A program made the position numbers and the translations under genes. A stretch of 7,371 bases of DNA from Naegleria gruberi (taxonomy: Eukaryota), in the NCBI GenBank assembly GCA_000004985.1, contig GG739143.1; one strand, 5' to 3'. Position 1 is the stretch's first letter; the number at the start of each line of letters is the position of its first letter. Below are positions 7,364-7,371 of the stretch, in pieces. A model generated the notes under the pieces. That model was not told the origin of the DNA. It did not search any database and saw only the letters and a program-made list of their open reading frames with translations.

Positions 7364-7371
7364 AAGAGATT

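Noticed and set aside
1-7371. Prokaryote-style features (CRISPR arrays, operons, defence islands), tRNA or rRNA genes, and snoRNA boxes.
   Set aside because: Codon usage, A-rich start contexts, poly-CAA tracts and gene spacing are eukaryotic and yeast-like. The only repeats are (TA)n and the single 19-bp inverted repeat. There are no GC-rich islands of about 72 nt and no T-loop-like GTTCGA motifs outside coding sequence. No convincing C/D-box arrangement is present.

Overview
The window is AT-rich eukaryotic DNA, probably from a budding yeast draft scaffold. Leu is mostly TTG/TTA, Arg AGA, Gln CAA, Gly GGT and Pro CCA, start codons sit in A-rich contexts, and there are no convincing introns. 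A 3,013-nt run of N (2495-5507) is an assembly gap. From left to right it contains seven things. (1) On the minus strand at 1-236 is a diverged, 5'-truncated and frameshifted fragment of an elongation-factor-2 (eEF2) family gene that runs off the window start. (2) A 1.6-kb non-coding segment (236-1846), visibly more AT-rich than the flanking coding DNA, carries five (TA)n microsatellites and is bounded by a perfect 19-bp inverted repeat. Both repeat copies sit exactly where the flanking coding regions lose their reading frames. (3) A well-supported intronless minus-strand ORF of about 205-219 aa (1793-2410/2452) uses yeast-preferred codons; it shows a tentative resemblance to Mediator Med7. 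(4) A short plus-strand ORF start (2392) runs into the gap and conflicts with (3). (5) The first 228 codons of a large unidentified minus-strand protein (6192->5508) continue into the gap. (6) A 400-bp divergent intergenic region follows. (7) A plus-strand ORF (6593-7363) is clearly an eIF4A-family DEAD-box paralogue, but its Q-motif region, P-loop, motif Ia, DEAD box and SAT motif are all degenerate. It carries a poly-Gln insertion and ends at an in-frame TAG where eIF4A homology seems to continue. The main theme is two decaying or neofunctionalised copies of core translation factors (eEF2-like and eIF4A-like) within 7 kb, together with a candidate insertion or rearrangement junction marked by the 19-bp inverted repeat. 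No prokaryotic-type systems (CRISPR, operons) and no tRNA or rRNA genes were found.
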